Assembly: GCA_051294375.1 (NCBI GenBank)
Contig: CM119265.1
Coordinates: 29,164,540 to 29,228,539, forward strand
Source of the DNA: Paraspadella gotoi
Lineage: Eukaryota; Animalia; Chaetognatha
DNA: 64,000 nt
Direction of reading: 5' to 3'
Numbering within the stretch: position 1 is the stretch's first letter; the number at the start of each line of letters is the position of its first letter. Below are positions 11,640-23,263 of the stretch, one piece after another. The position numbers and the translations under genes are program-made. The notes beneath the pieces were generated by a model. The model did no database searches. It was not told the DNA's origin and was given only the letters and a program-made list of their open reading frames with translations.

Positions 11640-12408
11640 GACATATTTTCCGAATGTGCCCCGTTTCAGCTTGAATGAGGATTAAATATCAAATAAGTAT
11701 TTATAAATTTTAAATATTAAAACAAATATTAAAGGGTTAAAATTTAAGTAAAAGGTTAGGTTACAAGTTTTTGTTAGAGACTTGGTTACAAATATATTTA
11801 GGGATAACATTAGAGATTTAGATTTAGGATTTAAAAATAAAGAGTAGTTAGGGATAAAATTAAAGATTTAGAATTAAGATTAAAAATTAAAGATTAAAGT
11901 TAAGGATAAAATTAGAGATTTAGATTTACAATTAAAGAATTGTGGCAAATCCTAAATTCGCCTCCCGTATAGCTTGGTAAAACTCAGCTCGTCCCATTGG
12001 CTTGGACAGCTAAGTACTTGTTTACCAACCGTGAGTTCTGGGTTTAATCCCCTCACGGTTACGCTGGTTAAAGTGTGATGGTGTCGTCAAAAACACGCCA
12101 GTGACTTGGGGTAGTTATTGCAGGTCCAAAGCCCTGAGCGCCAGCTGTCAGGAGATGCTTCATACCCCAGGCATCACACATGTCCTTCCGTTGCTATAGA
12201 ATAAAGATTAAAGTTAAGTATAAAATATAGTTAAATATTTAAAAATATTACTTTATAAATATGTATTTATTTGATAAGATAGATTAAGGTTTGATATTTA
12301 TAAATATTTATTTATTTATTTTGTTAAAGAAATTAGAGTTAAATATTCGAATTAAAATTAGTTTCAGAGATCAGAAACGGAAATGGTGTATTCTCGGAAA
12401 ACAGTGTC
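11640..12408. mobile_element. Non-autonomous element with imperfect subterminal inverted repeats and an internal degenerate TTAGGG-like tract (HINE/DINE-1-like)
   Basis: GACATATTTTCCGAATGTGCCCC (11640-11662) versus GGTGTATTCTCGGAAAACAGTGTC (12385-12408), with an internal TTAGGG/TTAAAG/TTAGAG hexamer tract. The related motif GGGGCACTCTCGAAAAAA follows a similar tract at ~42366. Confidence 0.45.
11941..12198. mobile_element. 258-bp solo-LTR-like insertion with 4-bp TSD (GAAT)
   Basis: GAAT|TGTGGCAA...TTGCTATA|GAAT with imperfect 8-bp terminal inverted repeat. GC-richer than its host, whose AAAGATTAAAGTTAAG pattern resumes after it. Confidence 0.7.
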
Positions 12409-12430
12409 CACATTTCCACCCCCTCTAATT

Positions 12431-12877
12431 TCACTCATATCCTCTTAACAGCCTCTTTAAATCTATATTTTTAAATCCCCAACCACATCTCGTATTAACC
12501 ATGAGCCTCCAATTTTGCAAGAGTCCGCCACGTCTCAAATGCATGGCCACGCTGTTCCGCTTGAAGCGACACCATCCCCCTAAGCTTCCGTTCTCCACTC
12601 CATCCAGCCGGGTCAAGTTTAGCCCCAAATGACCCGTGGCTACGAGACCCGTCACGTAAACGTCATCCAGTTTAAAGTAAGGGACGTTCGACGAGGCGGT
12701 TGCTATGGCGACGGCCGCGTCCATGGAGTAGAGAACGGCGAAGCCGTAACAGAATCGCGGATAGCGATCATGAGGAAATTCCTTTCTGCTGACGAACCAC
12801 TTGGAGTATGGTTTGCGATGAGGAGAACCGTCCAAGTATCTGCAGCCGATGTAAGGGTCTTTGGAGGATAGGCTTCG
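12431..12877 (-). CDS. GT31 beta-1,3-galactosyltransferase-like paralogue B, last exon
   Basis: RSLSSKDPYIGC...PHRKPYSKWFVS..EFP...YPRFCYGFAVLYSMDA...PYFKLDDVYVTG. Acceptor TTCTCCACAG| (12878-12879), phase 0; stop TGA at 12431. Confidence 0.92.
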   Translation of the reverse strand, partial: RSLSSKDPYIGCRYLDGSPHRKPYSKWFVSRKEFPHDRYPRFCYGFAVLYSMDAAVAIATASSNVPYFKLDDVYVTGLVATGHLGLNLTRLDGVENGSLGGWCRFKRNSVAMHLRRGGLLQNWRLMVNTRCGWGFKNIDLKRLLRGYE

Positions 12878-13013
12878 CTGTGGAGAATGTTTTAGGGTAG
12901 GGATTAGCAATTGTGATAAATAGTGATAAATATCATTATATCTACTATTTCGAATGATTAGGGTTTAGTGATGGTCGATAGGTTTTAATCCTCTCTCTCT
13001 CTCTCTTTCCTCT

Positions 13014-13115
<102 letters not shown>

Positions 13116-13198
13116 AAATTTATCAAAACAGGAGATTTAACGTACAATAATTCTCGACCCATTACATATTAATATTACATTTTAACATACAGTCTCAC

Positions 13199-13363
13199 CT
13201 CCTCTGTAATCAAATCGATATGATATTTAAAATTGTCAACATTAATTATGACGTCATCGTCGACTTTGAAAAGAAATTTGGCGTTGGAGCAAAAGTGGAC
13301 GAGCCACTTGAGGCCGGCGATGGCTTTGTGGGTCACGTTATAGTAGGAGTCTATGAAGTCCTC
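13199..13363 (-). CDS. GT31 paralogue B, DxD-motif exon
   Basis: 165 nt, [55 protein letters not shown]. Acceptor (CT)n-CAG| (13364-13365), donor GAG|GTGAGA (13197-13198). Confidence 0.93.
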
Positions 13364-13474
<111 letters not shown>

Positions 13475-13686
13475 TTATCTTTATCGGTAACTAATCAAGA
13501 TAATTTTGCCCAACACATATTCTCTCTCAACAACGGATTCTCCTTAAAAAAATACACATTGTTACTCTTTTCATCTTTTCTCCTTAATCTAATTTTCAAT
13601 TATTCACACCCCCCCCAATCAATCTCTCGAAAAAAAGTGCCAGACCCTCGACTCCAACAACAAACAACAACAACAACAACAACAAC

Positions 13687-14662
13687 CTGTAATATATCTC
13701 CATGACAACGACTTTCGATCCTCAACTGATCATTGATCCTCTCGTCTTTGCTTCTCCCTACGACGAATATCCGCGGGGCGGAGCCAAATACTTCCGACGC
13801 GCGCGTCCCCCACGTGGCGCGAATGACGTCGCGCCTCTTGGCCGCTTGGGGTCGCGAGTGGACGAGGAAGACGACGCGGACACGCCGACTCGAGAGGCAG
13901 AGAAACGGGTTGCTTAGCAACGTGCGAAAGGCGTGCGGATTGCAGTTGTGGCATCCAAACGGACGGCCGGAGGTGTGAGGTTTGATGGACGGATTGGATG
14001 ATCGTGAGACGGATGTGATCGGCGTCGTCTTGGAGGTCGTAGATGATTCTAGAGACGGTGCCGTAGATGATTTGAAGGAGAGTTTTGGAGATGGTTTGGC
14101 CAACAGTTTTGTAGATGGTTCTGTCGATTGACTTATAGATGTTTCGGTCAATAGACTTGTAGTTTAGATGGTTTGACCGACAGTTTTGTAAGTGATTTGG
14201 CTGACTGATTGGTAGATAACTCAGCCGACTGTCTTGTAGATGGTTTGGCCTTCAAACTTGTAGATAGATCAACCAAAAAATTTAGAGATGGTTCAACCAA
14301 CAGTCTTGTAGATGGTTTGTTCAGCAAACTTGTAGATGGTTCAGTTTCAGATGATTCAGTCGAAATTTTTGGAGATTGTTCAACAGACAATCTTGTAGAA
14401 GGTTCTGCCGACAGTATTTTAAATTGTTTGAACGCTTGTCTCACCGATGTTTTTACAAAAAGTCTTACACTTGTTTTCAGCTTCTGTCTTTCAGATGTTT
14501 CAAGAGACATTTCCATTGATCTCCTCAAGGATTGTCTCGCAGATGGTTTTATGGACGTTTCCATGGATTTCGAGATAGATTGTCTTACAGATGAAACAGA
14601 TTTTCGAGTAAAAAATGAAGCAAATTTTAACTTGAAGGGAATTTCGTGTTTGAAGGAAAGAT
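13687..14662 (-). CDS. GT31 paralogue B, large exon: Ser/Thr-rich repetitive stem plus start of catalytic domain (apparent frameshift near 14163)
   Basis: ORFs 14148-14687 and 13600-14151 share the same 8-aa repeat style and run into CNPHAFRTLLSNPFLC...FLVHSRP...IRATW...GDILQ. Donor CAG|GTTGTT (13685-13686). The 5' acceptor GTTCCAG| (14663-14664, phase 1) is tentative. Confidence 0.75.
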
Positions 14663-15034
14663 CTGGAACTTGCTCGACCCTTGACAAGATAGTTTTTTTT
14701 TTTAAAACAGTATTATAAATATTATTTAATCTTTATTGTATTTATTGCGTTTCTTTTATTTTCCCTGAAATTAAATTTGGATTTTAACTAAATATTTGAG
14801 TTAAATATTACGTTGGAGGTCAGGGTTTAGGTCTGTGGTTAGGGACTGGGTTATAAGTTTAAAAGCATAATTTGGTTAAATTTTGAAGTTAAAATTATAT
14901 TCTAAGAAAACCAAACAGAATGGAACTACTCTTATGTTTAATATATTATCTACAATAACTTTTTTACTTTTATTATAATAGTTATAATTTTTTTTAAAAA
15001 TTACGTTTTGACCAAACCCGACTGTAAAACTGAC

Positions 15035-15229
15035 CTCTTTCGATTGACGAGATTTTTGACGACGACGACGACGACGACGAAAACGAAAAATAAAATCCAT
15101 TTCTTTCGACGTTTTCGCATCGTGAGATGTAGAGAGATAGAGATAGAGTGAGTAAGATAGAGACAGAGACGGTAACGTAGACTTTTTTAGGAAGCAAAAG
15201 TGAAAGAAAAAAACAGAAGGGTGGTAGAG

Positions 15230-15314
<85 letters not shown>

Positions 15315-15335
15315 CCTAAAAGGATAAATCTCCAT
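15035..15335 (-). CDS. Putative signal-anchor (type II TM) exon of GT31 paralogue B; 5' boundary uncertain
   Basis: Frame of ORF 14994-15335 contains KKVYVTVSVSILLTLSLSLYISRC. The donor GAG|GTCAGT (15033-15034) is phase 1 and matches the 14662 acceptor. The start may be the ATG at 15335 (reading through a CT microsatellite) or an acceptor near 15182. Confidence 0.4.
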
Positions 15336-15769
15336 GTCGAGTTGTTGTAAGTAAATCGAGGCAAATTTTCGATTTTTAACAGATGAAAATCGATTAAATA
15401 AACAGATGTTTTTTCGTTTACCGATTTTTTTTTTAAATGGACGGATAATTTATAGATTTTGTCTGTGGATTTTAGACAAAATGTATTCGCTCGACCCGTT
15501 TACCAAGTTGGATTATAACAGACTTTTTCAATGCCGTTTAAAACATTAACAACTAGAACAAAATATTTTAAGTTAAAGAAATATAATATTTTATTGAAAC
15601 CTACTTTCTTTTTTTATTAACTTTTTTTAAAATTGTTTTATTTTTTTTATTCTTCTATTTTATTTTCTTCCTTTTATTTTCTATTTTCTTCTATTTTTTT
15701 CATTTTTTCTAAATTCCTTTTCTCGGTTTCCATTCAATTTTTCCGCGTCTTTGAATTCGATATAAAACG

Positions 15770-15802
<33 letters not shown>

Positions 15803-16968
15803 CTTTCTGTTCCTTCATGTACAAACGTTGTATGTGCGCCACGCAAACTGAGATTATATACTTTAGTTGCGCCGAGAGTACTCGCGAGTACTTTTCGGTC
15901 GGTCGTCGGTCCATCGAAATAATCTGTACCTCGGTCTATCCTACTTATATTAAAAATGTATATAATTTGTCTACTATAGTTGGTTTCTCATTTGTAGAGA
16001 CAGAAAAAACCTCAAATCTAAGAGACTGCTAGCGCCGCTTTCAGAAATTCCTAAAACTATAAGAAATAAAAGACGGAATGTGATCAAAGGAAAATACACG
16101 CGAAAAAAAAGTAACTGCGGCGCAACACATTGGAATTCCAGTTCTTCTTTTTATTATTTACAAATATTAACAATTTTTTAAAGATTCATTAATCTTTTAA
16201 TCTTTTTTTTCTCATCTCTTTTTTTGTTCTCCCCTTTCTCCTTAGTCCTTATATGATATTATATGATTCTTTCCACTTTTTTTTCCACTCCCGGAAGCCA
16301 AAGTAAAAAAAAATTTTCAAACGATCTTGGCGTTCAAATCTCAAAATGAATTAAAATGGACACAATATTTTTTATTAAAATTATCAAAAATGATATTAAT
16401 CTTTTATTATAAAATGCAGGAGAGGTTTAGAATTAATTTATAGTCCAACCCAGTTTGAGATAGAGTTAAAATTTAATCAATTTTATAAGTAATTATCAAT
16501 CAATATTAGAAAAAGTTTTTTTTTCTGAATTCCGCGAGTGAAATCATTACCTTTAATTTAATTATGCCCAAGGTTTGGGCATAATTAAATTTAAGATGAA
16601 CTATGAACTATTATTGTCACAATAGTATAATTAATTTCTATTCAGCTTGGCTTTATCCTCAAACAAAAAAAAATTCTCGTTCATAGATTAAGATTAATTA
16701 TATTTTTATTTGTTAATGTTTTATTTACTTTATTCATTATTTTTCTCTGGCGACTTTAAGGAGACGAAAGAAAATGCTCGAGTGAAATTTTTTTTTTTTT
16801 ACAAAAATAAAAAAAAAATAAAGAAGAAAATGAAAGATTAAGATTTTTTCTCGATTTTAAATGAAAAAAAAAATAATTTTTTTCTCTTACACGGAGTAAC
16901 GCTTAGAACGGGTTCTTTCTCTTTGTGTTTATTCAGTTATTTTTTCTATTATTTATTTATGAAAATAG

Positions 16969-17130
16969 TACAACCAATATAAAAGTTATCCATTAATTCA
17001 ATAAATAAGCCATATTGCCCCTGACTTTGGTTAGGCTATGGTGATTTAAGGCCTCCATCACTCTTACAATATAATGACTGCAAGCTTTCAATCAAGACTC
17101 TCTCACAGTCTCGTTTATTCACTCTCAGAC
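16969..17130 (-). repeat. Dispersed ~170 bp repeat, copy 2 (inverted relative to 4835-5007)
   Basis: TACAACCAATATAAAA...AATAAATAAGC...TGACTTTGG...TTTAAGGCCTCCATCACTCTTACAA...GTTTATTCACTC. Confidence 0.8.
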
Positions 17131-17775
17131 TACCTGGTTTCCATTTCATTGATTATTTGATATTTAAAAATAACAAACGCCAAAAAAAGAATTATGTCTA
17201 GGTAATCACTCAATTCTTTTTAAATAGAGTTTAAAAAAAATATTTTTAAAGGGATGCAAATAAAAATATTTTCGACGCATCTTTTACTCTTTTTCTTCTT
17301 CTTCTTTTCTTTCGAATCATTAATCCCAAAACTTATTTGCATTCGTCAGAAAAAAAAAATCAAAAAAACAAACGCAACTCGCTACACACAGAGTGAACCG
17401 ATAGTGCGATTTTATTGAATGAGGTTACTGAAAATTAGTCATTTATTGAATCACTAAACGACATATCTATACATCTTGTCCCCCTTAATTTGTACATTAT
17501 ATGGTAGATAAAGCTTAAAACTTAAATATTTCCAGCCTTAAGTTTAGTTTAGTTACTTTTATAAGGTTAGACAAAGATAAGCCCACAAACATACAGGCCC
17601 ATTCGGACTGAATCAAAAAGCTCGAAGCTAATGTTTTAATAATTTGTCATTATGGTGCATAAATGATCCAATACGATGCATAAATGCTGCAAAAAACTAT
17701 AAAGACTGATGCACCAGATACGGCATGAATATTTAGGGCTTAAGTTTAGGAAAGCAAATTATTTTTATAAATATA

Positions 17776-17955
17776 CTATGCCAATAAAGATACTGTGTTA
17801 ATAAAGATTTTGCACCGATAAAGATAGTGTACCGATGAATTTACTATGCCGATAACGATACTGTGTCGATAAAGGTACCGTCCCAATGAAGGTACTGTAC
17901 CGTTAAAGATTTTGTACCGATAAATATACTGTGCTGATAAAGATACTGTGCCCGA
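17776..17955. repeat. 17-bp minisatellite (ATAAAGATACTGTGCCG) x~10
   Basis: Consecutive diverged 17-mers read directly. Confidence 0.85.
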
Positions 17956-18273
17956 CTGAGATTCCTGTGCGTCTTTCACGCGATCCTGGCATTGATTTAT
18001 CCTGGAGAAGATTTGCATACCTTTTCATAAATCATTTCCCCCCCCGGGCCCATGGAGAGAGAAAAATAGGAGAGAGGAAGGGGAGGGAAGTAAAGGGAGG
18101 GGGAGGGAGGCAAGGAGAGAGAGGAGGGGAAGGAGAGGAGAGAAGGAAAGGGAGAGAGAGAAATAGGGGAGAGAGAGAGGGAAGATGATAGGGAGGGAGC
18201 AGGGGAAGGGGAGAAGGGGGAAAAGGGAGATAGATGGTCGGGTTTAAAAAAGAAAAGACTGAGGTATCATCGC

Positions 18274-18378
<105 letters not shown>

Positions 18379-18947
18379 CGTAATAATGAACAAGGATAAA
18401 TATATTGTAGAAAAATTAAACAAAGTGGCAGAAAAAGGAGTTAAAATTTAACCCATAAAAGAAAAAAACAATTGTGAGGGATAAAGTTAAGAGTGAAACT
18501 TCGAGCGTGAAAATGAAAGAAAGTTTACGTTCAGACTTTCACAGAGAAATAATTTATGTAAATATCTTTTTATGTGATAAACTAATCATTTCCCACATCT
18601 TTTTCTTCAACATCTCGCTGAATATCATTTGCGTTTAACCTCGTTTATCCTTGAAAGTTTCCTATGTCGTTATTTCCATTTTTTATTATGTTTCATCCGA
18701 TGTTTTTATCATTTATTTTTTTGCATCCACGCTCTCTCTCTCTCTCTCCCTCCCTTCTCTCTCTCTCTCTCTCTTAGATCGCATTGATCTTTTGTCGATC
18801 GCGTTTCACCGAAAAATAAAGGTGACATCTTTCTAACCGACAAAAAAAAACAAAAGGGAAAATCGCTGGAGAAAACATGAACCTCATAAAAAAAGAGAAA
18901 AAGAGGATAAGGGCCATAATGTGTTCACGAGAGCGAGAGAGCGAGAA

Positions 18948-19051
<104 letters not shown>

Positions 19052-19502
19052 GATGATTCCTCCTCTCACACACTCTCTCTCTAGCTCTCCGCTAGGTAAC
19101 AGATGGCCCTCGGTAAAAGGCTTTTTACTCTTCGCGGCAGCGGAAGCGGCGGGCGGCGGCGGGCGGCGGCGGCGGCGGCGAAAAAGGCCGAGAGAAAAAC
19201 TGGCAAGTTTGATGACGCTGTCCTAGTAATGACAACGGCGGCCGAAGAAGGAGGAGGAGGAGGAGGAGGAGGAGAAGAAATTATGAGACATTTTTCCACC
19301 TGGTGTAAAGATGTGTGAAGGTTGAGGAGGAGGAGGAAGAGGAAAAGGAAGAGGAGAGGAGGAGGAGGAAGAGAGGAAGAGAAGAGAGAAGAGAAATAGA
19401 GAGAGACAGGAATGACGAACGAGAGAGTAACAAACATAAACTATTATTGCTGGTAACAAAAGGGAGAGAGGTTTGGAGAGAGACAGAAAGAGAGAGTGAG
19501 AG

Positions 19503-19554
<52 letters not shown>

Positions 19555-19568
19555 AGGAGAAGAGAGAA

Positions 19569-19600
<32 letters not shown>

Positions 19601-20042
19601 GCGTCAACGTTGATCACATTTTTGACGCGAAGTTGGCGTCGAAATGAATTATCACCGTCAAATGACGTCGTCATCTTTTTTTCCTTTAATTCATCTCTGT
19701 CTCCCTCTCTCTCTCTCAATCTTTGAATTCCTCCCGTCTCCCTCTTTATCTATGAATTCCTCTCTTTCTTTGTCTACCTCTCTATCTCTGAATTCCTCTC
19801 TATCTCTGTCTATATCTCTTTCTTTCTCTGTCTCACTATTTCTACACTCGTGTCTTCTATTCTCTTTTTCTTTTTATTTCTCTGCATCTAACTTTTTCAT
19901 ATATATTAAATTGGTACAACCAATATATAACATCATGTAGTGCTCTCATTCTGTTAACTATCTAAGTTTTCATTCATAATTTTATTAAAATCTTTTTTTA
20001 CGTTTTTGTTTTTTAAATTTTAAAGGCACCAAGTAAGTATAC

Positions 20043-21125
20043 AAGTGCTATTTTCTCTTTTCATCTCAAAAGTTCCATTTTCTCTTTTCATCTCAAAAAT
20101 GCCATTTTGTCTTTCCAACTCAAAAGCGCCATTTTCTCTTTTCATCTCAAAAGTACTATTTTCTCTTTTCATCTGAAAAGTGCCATTTTCTCTTTTTATC
20201 TCAAAAGTGCCATTTTCTCTTTTCATCTGAAAAGTGCCATTTTCTCTTTTTATCTCAAAAGTTCCATTTTCTGTTTTCATCTGAAAAGTGCCATTTTCTC
20301 TTTTTATCTCAAAAGTGCCATTTTCTCTTTCCATCTCAAAAGTGCCACTTTCTAATTCTATCTCAAAAGTGCCATTTTGTCTTTCCATCTCAAAAGTGCC
20401 ATTTTCTCTTTTTATCTCAAAAGTGCCATTTTCTCTTTCCAACTCAAAAGTTCCATTTTCTCTTTGCATCTGAAAAGTGCCATTTTCTCTTTTTATCTCA
20501 AAAGTGCCATTTTGTCTTTCCATCTCAAAAGTGCCATTTTCTCTTTTCATCTCAAAAGTGCCATTTTGTCTTTCCATCTTAAAAGTGCCATTTTTCTCCT
20601 TTCCATCTCAAAAGTGCCATTTTGTCTTCCAAACTTCAAAAGTTATATTTTTCTCTTTTCATCTGTAGTCGGGCATTGCATTAGTTCACCCCACCTAAAA
20701 GCATGACACCTTCAGTAGTGACCTCATTGAGTAAGCCATCAGCTCATGACGTAAGGCGCCTTGGGGGCATGGCAAATCCTCAAGCCTGGTTCCAAGCCCA
20801 GTAACCCGTTCCATAGCGTTCCATGGCTGCGATGGGGTTATAGAAGTTACTAACAGTCATCTTCAGCCACATAGCGCCTTATCCACTCATCTAAAAATTT
20901 TCATTTGTCTTTTCCAATTCAAAATATTCATTTTCTCTTCATCTCAAAAGTGCCATTTCCTCTTTCCATCTCAAAAGTTCCATTTTCTCTTTTCATCTGA
21001 AAAGTGCCATTTCCTCTTCCATCTCAAAAATGGTCCATTTTCTCATCTTTCCATCTCAAAAAGTTCTCATTTCTCTTTTCATCTGAAAGTGCCATTTCCT
21101 CTTTCCATCTCAAAAATGCCATTTT
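20043..21125. repeat. 27-bp minisatellite (AAAAGTGCCATTTTCTCTTTTCATCTC), interrupted at 20664-20887
   Basis: About 22 units before the insertion and several after. Gives the 9-aa periodic pseudo-ORF ENGTFEMKR. Confidence 0.95.
20664..20887 (+). mobile_element. ~224-bp solo-LTR-like insertion with CATC (or TCATC) TSD
   Basis: CATC|TGTAGTCGGG...ATCCACT|CATC. The first ~100 bp are homologous to 62416-62510 (CATGACACC, CTCATTGAGTAA, CCATCAGCT). Confidence 0.72.
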
Positions 21126-21223
21126 TCTCCTTCTCAGTTCGAGATGATATGGCAAAAATCGTCAATTCAACTTTAAGCTGAGAGATAGTATGAACTCTCT
21201 CTCTCTCCTCTCTCTCTCTCTCC

Positions 21224-21255
<32 letters not shown>

Positions 21256-21594
21256 GCTCTCCTCTCTCTCTCTCTCATCATGATCGGCGCTTGAAGTCAA
21301 ATCTCCCTCGTGACTTTTTGTCTCTGAACGGAAGTGAGAAGAATTGATAGAGAGTGAGTGGATTTGATTGAGAGCGAGATATATTGGTCAGGAGCTTGAA
21401 AAGTTAAAGAAAAAATGTGAGCGAGTTAAAATAATTGAGAGTGAGTAGAGAGAGACGAGCAGACGAGAGAGAGAGAATGAGAGAGAGGAGCAGAGAGAGA
21501 TGAGATGAGAGAGAGAGAGAGAGTGGAGTTAGAAGAGAGAGAGAGAAAAACTGCTCAATTAAACTTTTTTCCTGCCAAACTCAATCATCTATCG

Positions 21595-21643
<49 letters not shown>

Positions 21644-21813
21644 CTCTCTCTCTCTCTCTCTCTCCTCTCCTCACTCCCCTTTCACTCCCGACTTGCTGCG
21701 ATTTATCTGTTCCCATGATTACAGACACTAAAATAAGAACCCCGGAAGCCATGAACTTCTCTTCTCATCTTCTCTCTCTCCCTTCTTTCTCTCTCTCTCT
21801 CCTCCCTCCTCTA

Positions 21814-21865
<52 letters not shown>

Positions 21866-22665
21866 TTCCCTTTCTCTGCCCTATCTCTATCTCGCCATTT
21901 CTTAGATGGCCCCTTTTTCCAAGATGGCCGCCCTAAGAAAGGCGCTTAGCTCTTCCGCAGGTTTTGCATGGAGAATAGGGATCGGAATTTTCTAGAGGGG
22001 CATAACGAAGGCGCCTGGCCCTCTGGATGGTAAACGCTGGCGCGTTGGTTTGTGAATGATGGCGCTATGGCTTGCGAAAAAAGGAGCTATAGTTTTGAAT
22101 CGATTTCATTAAATATGTGTTTATATAGTTTGTAAATGGAGGTTTGTGATTAGAGCTACGCCGATTACAAATTGCAGGTTTGTTCATGAGAAAATTGTGA
22201 ATCTAATTTTTATTTATTTATTAGGAGAATAAACGAAAATTTCGTTATTTTTTATTTATTTAAGTTATCAATAAGGTGACGGTGAGACACACGCAGGAGT
22301 ACAGATCAACTCTACTGAAACAAAAATATATAATAGGAGGATCGAATACAAAAGCTATTTTGAAAAGGTCCATAGGTTTTGCAAGCTGATTGGTCGATGC
22401 CGTTTCATAAAAGTTGAGCGAAATCTTTCATCTTCCGACCGAAAAAATCGTTAAGATCCCCCCAAAAATAGTCCGCCTCTTAAGGGTCAAAATGAATTAA
22501 TCTTTGTTGGTTAAGATAATAAAAATAACAAAACAATTCAAAACAAACTAATAAAATACTAAGTAGATAAAAAAAAGAACTTTGGCAGATAAAGCGATGA
22601 AAGAAATAAGAAAAACTCACAAACAAGAAATAATGAGAGATTTAAGAGAGAAAAGAAAATCTCTA

Positions 22666-22698
<33 letters not shown>

Positions 22699-22858
22699 NN
22701 NNNNNNNNNNNNNNNNNNNNNNNNNNNNNNNNNNNNNNNNNNAAAACGGAGGATCGTTGGCATGTGTAGTGATGGGTCGTCGTGAGAGGGGATATTTGGA
22801 TATGTCACGATCGAAGGCAAAAGGAAATTCCTTTTTAAATGCTTTACTCACTAATAGT

Positions 22859-22896
<38 letters not shown>

Positions 22897-23122
22897 AAGA
22901 ATTAGGGAAGAACCAGTTTGCGTAGAAAGAAAAGAAATCGCGAACCTAACAATCAACCTAAAATCTAAATTTAGCTAGAAATATATTCTATAAAATTTGA
23001 GAGAGGTTTCCATAATAGGAAAAAATACTTCAGTTTATACATTGCTAACCCGCTATGAAAGTGGCTAAATGTTGAAACAAAGCTTCTAAAACGACCCAAT
23101 CAAAAAAATATTATTAACAAAC

Positions 23123-23238
23123 TATTTTTTATCCAAGTTCCGCCCTCAAAAGAGAGGAAGGCGTTTCAGTCTACTTCTTTATTTTTATCCAAGTTCCGCC
23201 CTCATAAGAGAGGAACATGTTTCAGTCTACTTCTCTAT
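23123..23238 (+). repeat. ~56-bp tandem repeat (GTGTTTCAGTCTACTTCTCTATTTTTATCCAAGTTCCGCCCTCAAAAGAGAGGAAC)
   Basis: Two units before a 25-N gap. An inverted degenerate unit lies at 23264-23320; further copies at 30979-31160, 31600-32720 (noisy) and 33251-33400. Confidence 0.9.
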
Positions 23239-23263
23239 NNNNNNNNNNNNNNNNNNNNNNNNN

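Noticed and set aside
14209-14718. 169-aa plus-strand ORF
   Set aside because: Antisense shadow of the repetitive stem exon of GT31 paralogue B.
20020-20577. ENGTFEMKR 185-aa repeat protein
   Set aside because: It is a translation of a 27-bp minisatellite open on both strands; the array is interrupted by an insertion and degenerates with indels.
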